A stretch of 63,230 bases of DNA, filler included, from Ministeria vibrans ATCC 50519 (Eukaryota > Protista > Filasterea): the NCBI GenBank assembly GCA_943704425.1. It is 10 parts of 10 records of this genome, joined end to end, with 100 filler letters (N's around TTAATTAATTAA, not from the genome) between each part and the next. Parts side by side here need not be neighbours in the genome. Positions count along the whole stretch, not along the records: positions 14,982 to 42,625 come from CALSCP010000348.1; positions 42,726 to 43,955 come from CALSCP010002525.1; positions 44,056 to 46,245 come from CALSCP010001812.1; positions 46,346 to 48,069 come from CALSCP010000150.1; positions 48,170 to 56,363 come from CALSCP010002695.1; 5 more parts are not named here. One strand, written 5' to 3'. A program made the position numbers and the translations under genes. Each line of letters begins with the position of its first letter. Position 1 is the stretch's first letter. The notes beneath the pieces are model-generated. The model saw only the letters and a list, made by a program, of their open reading frames with translations, did not search any database and was not told where the DNA came from. Positions 38,215-51,276 of the stretch are shown here, one piece after another.

Positions 38215-40937
38215 ATGCGGAAAGTGTTTCGCCAAGTGCGATGGCTGTCTCCATCGTCGGCGCGTCGGCTGCTTCTATCGCCCAAGACACTTGCCTTCTG
38301 CTTGACTCTCCTGCTCTTGGTTGTCGTCAAAAACTCTCTCGTTCGCGCCGCCTACGGTCCCGAACGCGTCGGCACTGTCGCGTCACGCGAAGTAGACCTG
38401 GAGCTCTACGCGATGGCCGACTCCGACCTGCACGCCGACTATGGGTACGTTCACATATTCATCCTAATCATTTTTTGGCTGCGTGTGTTCCGTTGCACCT
38501 TTTCCAACGTGACATCGTCTCGCCTCCGCTTGCTCCCCTCTCTCTTTCGTGTGCGGTCCCTCTCTTGCCATAGGCATTGGTTAGGCATGTATGTTCTGTC
38601 GCTTCGTGTTTGTATTGCGCCTGTCTGTCAAACATACGTCGATCCGTTTTTTTTTTTTCAATACTAATTATAATTATTCCCTTTTTGACACGTCGCCGCA
38701 CTAGACTTCATCATGACTTGCCCCATTGCTACTGGGACGCATCGCCGTTGAAAATCGAGGAGACGCCGGCTCTCAGTAAGGCGCGGCTGGCGGCGCACTT
38801 TGCGCTTGTCATTGTGGTTGACTGTGCGACGGATGGAGTGGCGGCGTTGAATGCGACGCTCACGTCGATCGCGTCGGCGCAGTTCACCCACATCCATGGC
38901 TTCCCCGACCATGGCTTGGAGTTGATCTTTTCCGTCAATGCGGCCGTGGCGAACGGGGACGAGACGCCGACGCCCGCAACCGAAAGTTGTCTTGCTCTTG
39001 CGCGCGACTTTGACTTCTCCGCCTACGGCAACAAAAAGGTCCTGCTGTGGGATTGTCGCTTCGAATCGCGCATGCTCCATTGGATGCACGCCTGGCACCC
39101 CATTCCCATGGACAATATTATCTCGCACGAGGAGTGGACTAACGGCGCCTACACGAAACGCGCGTCCTTTGGTGATTCGCCCTCGCTCGAGTTTCTGCGA
39201 CGACACATCGCATCACGTTCACGGAGCGGCAGTAGTCGCCTTGTCGAAGACCTGCGCGGCGCGGACTTGTCTATTGACGAGATTATCGAAGATATGCCTG
39301 CCCACCAGCGCTCCATGGTCATGTCGGCAGGCATGCCAGCGGCGCTCATTCTTGACTCCGGCACTGTCTTTGGTCACCGGTTCCTGTTCTGGGCTCGCGA
39401 CGTCGTCTCCGAGTACCGCGGTGGCTTTCGTGGCCGCGATACCTTTGGTGGCATCTTCCGACCGACCATCGAAGCGTCGACCAATGTGGTACCCGAGGCG
39501 TTTGTCGTGCCCACTTCGCGTGACTGTCGCTTCTCTCGTGCCGAATTGCGTCGGCCCACCCCAGGTCATCTCAGTGAACTCTTGGTCTTTGCGCGGCCCT
39601 TTGCCACGATGCGTGAGCACATTGGCGAGCACATGAACAGTGTCATTGAGAAGGCCAACGACGGCGTGATGCGTCGCGTCTTTGGAGACCCTTGGCAACG
39701 TTCAACTCTCGCCTGGATCGCCGCTGAGTGTCACCGGCAAAACCTCTACTTGGTCTCGCCGTGCATGTCGCATGCCGGTTCGCTTGCCATGACCGTCTCA
39801 CAAGTGGACGCTAGCCCCCTCACGCCCCTGCCGACCGATCTTTACGGCAAGTCTCACGTCGACCAGACGCTGCAGGACCACAAGACATCGCTTGTGTTTG
39901 CCACGCTGCCTTGCCGCTATGAATGGGACGGGGCCCCACGCATGGAACTTTCACTTGCCGCAAAAGAGTCGCATACCAAGGAGGGATTTGTCGGCGTGCG
40001 CATGGTAAATGCCTCACAGGTGACGTCCACTCTCTCATGGCTTTGCCAGACGGCCAAGTTTGACAAGGTTCATCGTCACACTGTGCTGCTGGCACTCGAT
40101 GAGGACGCGTATGAATCGTTGCGTCACAACGCGTTTCATGTGCACGTCATTCCAGCGTTTGAGTCGCGCGACAATGCTCTCATTGAGCGCGCCATGGCCG
40201 CGAGCGACCTTCCCCCCGGCATTCTTCCCATGAATTCGGTGGCGTATCCTTACGAGCGCGCGCGCATCATGAACCTCCTCACCGAGATGCTCGCGTGTCA
40301 CGCCGACGTGTTTGTGCACAACGACAATGCACTCTGGCTTGACAACGTGTACAAATCTATGGCGGCGCCACCGCTTCAGATGCATGTTGTCGACGACGAG
40401 CTTGGCGAACATGATGTTGTGAATCGTGAGGTGGACTTAGTACTGCTTCGTCGCGACAATTTCACACACACCTACATGAAGAGGTGGGACGAAGATTTCT
40501 TTGTGGCGCGACACACGTCGCGCTCAGTCAACGTACTCTCGTGGGTGGCCCGCCGCTATTCGATGCTTGCCGACGAGTGGACCGCCTATCCGCACCACGC
40601 CAAGAACGAACGACCCATTTGGATTCGGCCCGTCTTTGCCGAGGTCCTCGCCGAGGGTCGCATTCCCTTCTACCTTATTGACAAGAACCAACTACCGACG
40701 GGCGTTCGTGTCAAGACATTCCACGCCAACGACGACAAATCGGGCCGTCGCCTGCGATACGAGGCGGACGAGCATTCGGTGACGTCGGCGAATGACTTTG
40801 ACAGTATCCCCAAGGACGCATCGATTCTCATGCTGCCGAACGAGACGCAGATGCTCTTCTCGCAGGTGTCTCGCTCCGGCATGCTCATTTGCAAGAAGCG
40901 TGTCGTTGCCGATTTTATCGCAGCCATTGGCGGGTAA
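38215..40937 (+). CDS. Type II membrane protein with two putative glycosyltransferase-like domains
   Basis: TM LAFCLTLLLLVVV in exon 1. Long exon 2 carries ALNATLTSIASAQF..LELIFSVN..WMHAWHP (GT-A/GT2-like) and VRMVNASQVTSTLSWLCQT..HTVLLALDEDAY..DVFVHNDNALWLDN (nucleotide-diphospho-sugar transferase/GT77-like). Confidence 0.55.
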
Positions 40938-41073
40938 TGCCGGCTTACATGCACTTGTATGTCAACTACAACAGCAATAAATTAATAATTATTTTATTCT
41001 ACTTTTCTTTATTCCAATCTCCTCATGTACTACACGTGCAATATAATAATAATAATACGAATAGTAAATTATT

Positions 41074-41150
41074 AGAAGAATACAACCCATTTATTAATGA
41101 TACAGTCACCACGCGAAGACACAATATTAGAAAAATAGTAGTAGTGATAA

Positions 41151-41181
<31 letters not shown>

Positions 41182-41244
41182 AATAATCTGTGTCTTCGCG
41201 TGGTGACTGTATCATTAATAAATGGGTTGTATTCTTCTTCTTCT
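41074..41244. repeat. Inverted pair of about 50-bp ends of the dispersed element, with an AAT-rich spacer
   Basis: 41074-41123 and 41189-41244 are reverse complements over agaagaatacaacccatttattaatgatacagtcaccacgcgaagacaca. Confidence 0.9.
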
Positions 41245-41288
41245 AATTATTATTATTATTATTATTATTATCATTATTATTCTTATTA

Positions 41289-41319
<31 letters not shown>

Positions 41320-41336
41320 CATTATTATTCTTATTA

Positions 41337-41425
<89 letters not shown>

Positions 41426-41485
41426 ATANNNNNNNNNNNNNNNNNNNNNNNNNNNNNNNNNNNNNNNNNNNNNTTATTCTTATTA

Positions 41486-41574
<89 letters not shown>

Positions 41575-41645
41575 ATATGCATCATTTGTATTATTTGTAT
41601 CATTTGTATTATTTGAATTATTTGTATTATTTGTATTATCATTAT
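41245..41645. repeat. (TTA)n microsatellite with 9-bp ATTTGTATY variants
   Basis: Seen directly; interrupted by an N gap. Confidence 0.9.
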
Positions 41646-41921
41646 TAATTGAGAGTGATAAAAAAACTGGATTTTTTTCTCAAAAACTCGATATCAAGTA
41701 AAAACGTTTTGAAACTTGTGATTTATTTTGCTATTATTTGTCACAAAGAGGAGATTTTGGAACGTAAGCGAGAAGTGGAAGTTGTGCACCAAAATGAGTG
41801 ATCAACGGTGCAAATGAAAGTGAAAAAGAAAACGGGCTATCTGGCCCAGATAACCACTCGATATCGAGCAATAACAGAATAATACAGTTGTTTTTTTATC
41901 AGTCTCATTTTTATTATTATA

Positions 41922-42135
41922 GTTTTGGTTTGACATTGAGTACAGCTCTCGATTCTTTAATTATTATTCTAGTACCATGGCGATTGCCTCACTGGACAGA
42001 GTCGACACAGCACTATGACCTGCCACTGTTCTCCCATGTTACCTCTAGAGTTTCGGTTGAGTTTGCAAGGCGGTCTGGCTGTGTCTTCGCGTGGTGACTG
42101 TATCATTAATAAATGGGTTGTATTCTTCTTCTTCT
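41922..42135 (+). mobile_element. Copy of the dispersed repeat family (opposite orientation), probably subtelomeric
   Basis: Reverse complement of 1800-1960, plus ttgacattgagtacagctctc shared with 63065-63085. Confidence 0.9.
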
Positions 42136-42612
42136 AAATTAATAATAAATTATTACATTGACTTTAATCTTCTCTATTAGTAACGATCAGTTGAATCGTA
42201 TGGGTGTACGCCAGCGGTCGCCGTACCAAGAAAACCAGATATTTATGGACAAACCGGAGGGGTGGTACAGAAACGTTGCGTAATCGTCCGAAAACGGGCG
42301 GGAAAATACTTACGTCGCCGCCAAATTTGCCATCATCATCGCCGATCGTTGAAAAGACCACGTGAATCAAAGTCGAGTCACCAAATGCCCCAAAGTCATC
42401 GCCCTTGCGCCATATCTATGATTTCCAACGTTTAAACGTACTCTTGCCAAGACGAACTGGGGACCCAGGGCTCCGACGAAGGGATGCAACTTCTGCGTCC
42501 GTCGGCCAGCACGACCTTGCCACGACGACAGCTCGCAGCGGCTCCGAAAACAAATAGACTGACGAGGGCGGCAAAAAAGACCATGAAAAAAATATCAACA
42601 TTTTGGAATCAA

Positions 42613-42625
42613 TTAGGGTTAGGGT
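42613..42625 (+). repeat. Probable telomere: (TTAGGG)2T at the contig end
   Basis: The contig ends ...aattagggttagggt with the G-rich strand running toward the end. Only 2 units are present. Confidence 0.5.
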
Positions 42626-43799
42626 NNNNNNNNNNNNNNNNNNNNNNNNNNNNNNNNNNNNNNNNNNNNTTAATTAATTAANNNNNNNNNNNNNNNNNNN
42701 NNNNNNNNNNNNNNNNNNNNNNNNNCTCCCCTCGCTCCCCTGCTTCAACTCCGACTCCCTCGTCCACACCCCACCTCTACCGCACGACCCGCCCTCCTGG
42801 ATCTGCCACTCCGCCTCTGATCAGCGTCCTCCAACCGCTCCTTCCCACAACCATGCAACTTGGTTGTCGTCATCAACTCTCGCAAACGACCGCAAACTCC
42901 ACTTCAGATCACTCCCACCGAACCCCACGACGCCACTCCACCCCCCACCACCCCCAAACCCCGTCACGCCATCCCGCCACACCCGCCCGTCATCGCTCTC
43001 ATTAGTCTCGTCAGCAGCAAATCATCGATTCATCATCACTCTTCACCACTTCGTCCAATCCCACCCAACCAGCCACCGTACGCCGCTGCGTTTGCCGCCC
43101 ACCCTCCACCCACCACTCATCAACACCCCTCCCGGCCTTCTCTGCGCTCTCCCGTGCCCCTGGCGTTCCAGATCAATTCGATTTGCCCCTTTTGATCTTC
43201 AGTCCCAACTCAAATTCGGCCACTTTTTTTTATCTTTCTCTTTTGTAAGTTGACTTTTCAAACATTCCTCAAACACACTCCAAACACTCCCACACACTCC
43301 CACCACATCACCACGCATCTGTGCCGTGCCCTGCGCGCGTCGCATCGCCCCAAACGATGTGTATGACGTCGATTTTTCGCTTGAAACGCGGCGTCCAATG
43401 AAATGCAAGCATCGCTTTTCGTTGTTTGCGCGTCTTCTCGCGTCGAATCCGCACCGCATCCACCCTCCCTACATGCCCCCAAGCGTGCCTCACTGTCTGC
43501 CAGTGCGACCCGTGCGCTCTGTGCCACGTTCGCTGCGTTTGATGGTCTTTGTTTTTTTTTGGCCAAAAATAATTTTTTTTGTTTGACGTGGATTGTAAAA
43601 CGTTACGGTTTGTCGTGCGTCACGCGTCGAATCGCCACTGCCCCCTGGTGATCGCAGCCACCACTCACCCGATGTGCGTGCTGCACAACGCCTCCACCCT
43701 CTCTCAACGCGACAAACTCACACCACAACAAATATATTTTTTTTTCTTCTGCATCAACACACACCAACTGATCATCTTCCTCTCGTCCTCCTCGTTTAG

Positions 43800-43955
<156 letters not shown>

Positions 43956-44055
43956 NNNNNNNNNNNNNNNNNNNNNNNNNNNNNNNNNNNNNNNNNNNNT
44001 TAATTAATTAANNNNNNNNNNNNNNNNNNNNNNNNNNNNNNNNNNNNNNNNNNNN

Positions 44056-44193
<138 letters not shown>

Positions 44194-44196
44194 TAA

Positions 44197-44238
<42 letters not shown>

Positions 44239-44253
44239 CGCAACACCAACGTA

Positions 44254-46213
44254 CTCGGGAGGAAGGGAGACGTAAGAGAAACGAGGAAGACTGTCGGGAT
44301 TGCGGCACCAGGTCTCAAGGAGAGTTTCAGAGTCGGCGGCGGTGGAGGTGGGCCAGAGAAAAGCCTTGGGAAGTGTGCGTGGCTTCCACATGGGTACGTC
44401 GCTAGAAGGAACGAAAGGCTCGGGGGCAGTATCGATGTGCACGTCAGTCGTGAACATGGGCGGGTCGATCGGCGCACGAGGCTCGCGTGGCCTCGTCTGC
44501 CGGACAGGTTTGGGAGGTGCAATCTTTCCTGTGCGCTTGTTGACCTCGCCACGACGCCGCGGAATGCTCCAGTCGAGCTGAGACAAGAAGGGATCCTTGA
44601 CGAACCAAAAATTGTCGAATTGGCTCATACGACGGTCCTGGTCCACGATTTCGCGCACCCGTTTCCAAATGGCTGCATCCAGTTTGCTCACTTGATCCAG
44701 GTGATGATCGTGCACACGGTCGACCCACTTCCAGAAAGTATTACGCACCGGCAAGAACATGGAGCCCATCTCCATTGTGCCAAAGATAGACACGGGATGC
44801 GGAAGGTAGTTGCGGTACTGGAAGATGCCCTCAAAGTAGACGCGATGGGTGATGCCGACGTCGAGGGCACAGTAGTGGAGCAGCGACTGGCGACACTCGG
44901 AAATTCCGTGCATCGAGCCGTCCAAAAAGAGTTCTCTGTCCTCCTTCCCCATATCAATGTCGCAGTAGAAGTCGTACACCGCTAAGAAAAAGAGTAATAA
45001 TAGTTTTTTAAAAGCAAAAAAAATTAATAATAATAAATTATTATAATAAAATAATTATTATTACTAGTACTCTTATTATTAATAAAAAACGTCTAATTCA
45101 CGTTATTATCAGTGTTTCTTTGTACCTCTCAATGACGACAAGGAGCAGTGCCTCCACCAGGGTGTTTCGTTGTCCTCCTCTCTTGCCCAGGTCATATATT
45201 CGTCGACGGAGATGCGACCACGGTCCTCCCAGTTGGGCGACTCTTTGAAGAAGGCAGGACGCTGGCCCTCGCTAAGGCCATTGATGGTCATGTGCATGCT
45301 CATGGTGTCGAAAAAGCGCGTGCGATTGCCAAACATGCAGTACTCAGTGAGAATACGTGCGCGGTCGTAACCGACGTTGTGACCGATGATGAGCTGTGCG
45401 CGGTCCTCGGTGGAGAAAGGTACAAAGGGTTTCGCCCCAAAACGCGTGTAAGTGACATCCTCTTCTTGTAGCCACTCGGGAGAGTAACGCACAAAGCGTC
45501 GCACAATGCGGTCAATCTTGTCCTCGTCCGTTTCCCTCTGGAATGGCGCGCGTCGATGCCACCAAGTGGGATCGGGAGCGTACAGTGCCTGTTCAAAATC
45601 GGGATACTCGGAGTAATCTTCGGACGGATCGCACATGACGGCACGCAGCAGTCGCTCCGATTCGTAGGCACGTTCCGAGTCAATCTTGTGCGGCATGCCC
45701 ACGGCGATACCCTTGCGTTGTCTCAGTCGAGTGCCAGTCACGCGTGGCGCCCCCGACACATCTCGAAAATCATGCAGCCGTACGTTCTTCTCCCACTTCA
45801 CCTGCGCTCTGCGGTACTCAGGCGTGTCTTTTGGTCGTTCGCCCTTGAAGAAGGTACGCAGGTGTGCCTGTCGCTCTCTTTGAATCTTTGCCAGGGCACA
45901 ACAGTCGGCTTCAAGGAAATCGCAGCTGTCCACCTCGCCAGCAAACACTCCCCACTCACCTGGCTGCCACTTCCGATCGTCGGCATGCTGCAAGTATTCT
46001 TCGATCTTCTCCGCTTCGATATGAAATACGTTGGGGTACTCAAATGGCTCCATATCCGGATCGGTTGCCTAAGACAAAAATATCATTAATGTCTTTTTTT
46101 TCTTTTCTTATTCGGCTACTCCTCGTTTGGTCTTACCCCCGGCACAAGAGAGTCGCCCAAGCGAGTCGGGGGACGGACGTTCAAATTCCGTCGGTGCGCT
46201 CGTTGGAAATCTT
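44254..46213 (-). CDS. POLG: Mitochondrial DNA polymerase gamma, exonuclease region (internal fragment)
   Basis: ExoII LIIGHNVGYDRARI, RFFDTMSMHM..GLS..QR, SLSSL..VYDFYC, ExoIII LLHYCALDV.ITH.VY, PHPVS..G.MEMGSMFLP and DPFLSQLDWS. Confidence 0.9.
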
Positions 46214-46387
46214 CAATGTCTTCCACATCGCTCTGTAAAAAAAAANNNNNNNNNNNNNNNNNNNNNNNNNNNNNNNNNNNNNNNNNNNNTTAATTAATTA
46301 ANNNNNNNNNNNNNNNNNNNNNNNNNNNNNNNNNNNNNNNNNNNNCCCCTCTCCCCTCTTTTTTTTTTCTTCTTCATTTTTATATAG

Positions 46388-47685
46388 TGCACTTCATCGC
46401 CTTGTTTGAATGGAGGCACGTGTGCCGAGGGAGGTATCAACGAGTTTTTGTGCACGTGTTCCACGGGGTACACGGGAAGTCGTTGCCAGGACGACATTGA
46501 CGAGTGTGACTCGTCTCCCTGTTCCAATGGGGCGTCGTGTCACCAAGGCATGTCGCCCGACCTGTACGTGTGCGTGTGTGCCGAAGGTTTCACTGGTGAT
46601 ATCTGTGAGTCAGATATGGATGAGTGTGTCTCATCACCATGTACCAATGGAGCGACCTGCGATGCTTCCGCGTCGCCTGGGATCCTGTCATGTATCTGTC
46701 CCGAAGGGTACAGTGGGGCTCTGTGTGAGACGTTGATCGATGTGTGCATCTCGTCGCCCTGTTCCAATGGCGCCAGATGCTCACTGACCGGTACCATTCC
46801 TGAGGGGTACGTTTGTGTCTGTGCTGAAGGCTACACGGGTGCCGATTGCGAGTCCGACATTAATGAGGTACGCATTATTATTATGATCGGTATTGTTATT
46901 ATAATAATAATATTATTATTTTTATTATTATTGTTATTGTTATTATTAGTAATAATAATTATTAATTTATTTTATTTTATTATTATTGTTATTGTTATTA
47001 TTAGTGTTAGTTATTATTTTTAATTTTATTATTGTTATTGTTATTGTTATTATTAGTATTAATAATAAAATTTTTATTATTGTTATTGTTATTGTTATTG
47101 TTATTATTAGTATTAATAATAATAATTATTATTTTTGTTGATTAATTATTTTGCTTTATATTCAGTGCGCTTCATCCCCGTGCTCGAACGGAGCTACTTG
47201 CACTGATATGGTGGCATATCCATCGTGTTCTTGTACTTCCGGATTCACCGGCACCCAATGCGAGTCGGACATAGACGAGTGTGCTTCATCACCATGTGCT
47301 AACGATGGCACCTGCTTCACGCAGGCAGTCAACGAATGGACATGCCTGTGTCGACCAGGTTTCAGTGGTATTGCATGCGAGACGAACATTGACGATTGTT
47401 CGTCTGATCCGTGTGCCAATGCGGGGACGTGTGTGGATGGCATTGCGTCGTACCAGTGTGACTGCGCAACGGGCTTTACAGGCTCAACCTGCGCCATAGA
47501 ACTCGCCGAGTGCATTAGCTTCCCGTGTCAGAACGATGCCACGTGCAATGAGAACGTCGGATTTTTTACATGTACTTGCAAAAGTGGGTACACTGGCGAC
47601 CTATGTGAGTCTGAAATTGATGAGGTACGAATAAATGTCTAGCTTTCATCTAAAAAATAAGTAGAATGATTGAAACATACATTAA

Positions 47686-47727
<42 letters not shown>

Positions 47728-48069
47728 TATTATTATTATTATTATTAACTCTTTCTCTAGTGTGCTTCGGTACCATGCGAGTATGGTGGAACTTGCATAG
47801 ACATGGTAAATGGCTACACATGCGCCTGTCCAGCAGGTACCTCTGGTGCGTCGTGTGAGACAGACGTCGACGAGTGTGCAAGTGGTCCTTGCGAGAATGG
47901 AAGCACTTGTGACACGTCGATGACCCTTGACTTGTTTACATGTTCATGTGGTGCGGGGTACACGGGCACGCTGTGCGAGACCAACATGGACGACTGCATT
48001 TCAAACACATGTGAGAACGGTGCGACTTGTGTTGACGGCGTTACATCGTTTACGTGCTCGTGCGCTAGC
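46388..48069 (+). CDS. Notch-like tandem Ca-binding EGF-repeat protein, internal fragment (exons 46388-46867, 47166-47624, 47761-48069)
   Basis: About 11 repeats of DEC.SSPC.NG.TC...Y.C.C..G(Y/F)TG..CE. Introns fall at the DE|C boundary. Confidence 0.9.
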
Positions 48070-48169
48070 NNNNNNNNNNNNNNNNNNNNNNNNNNNNNNN
48101 NNNNNNNNNNNNNTTAATTAATTAANNNNNNNNNNNNNNNNNNNNNNNNNNNNNNNNNNNNNNNNNNNN

Positions 48170-50894
<2,725 letters not shown>

Positions 50895-51276
50895 CACAAG
50901 TGGAACATTATCAATATACATATATATAAATCAGAGTCATAATATTTTTTTTTTTTGGAGAATCAGTAAGTGGGTTGTATTGTTCTTCTTCTTTTAATTG
51001 TGCATGTTGGGTTCTTTGAAGGTTCCTTTGAGTCACTTCAGGATGAACTCAGGCAATGTAAGATTAGGAGTCATTCAGGCTGCGTATACCGTGCAAAGGC
51101 CAAGGATATGTTCGCCGCATGAGCCATTGTGAAAGAACAGCTCTTTCTTCGTATTATAATCTTGAAATTGTTTTGTCATCGGAGTCTTTATCAAGAATAT
51201 AAACACCGAATTTCATTAATTAATAATAACTAATTAATAATAATAATTATTATTATATTCTTTCCTGTCGCCAGGA

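Noticed and set aside
41200-41642. Poly-Y, poly-I and poly-L ORFs, and similar RERE/SLSL/CVCV ORFs elsewhere
   Set aside because: Translations of microsatellites and N gaps.
42499-42595. Hammerhead-like CTGACGA...GAAA words here and near 6034
   Set aside because: No convincing stem II or flanking helices could be paired by eye.
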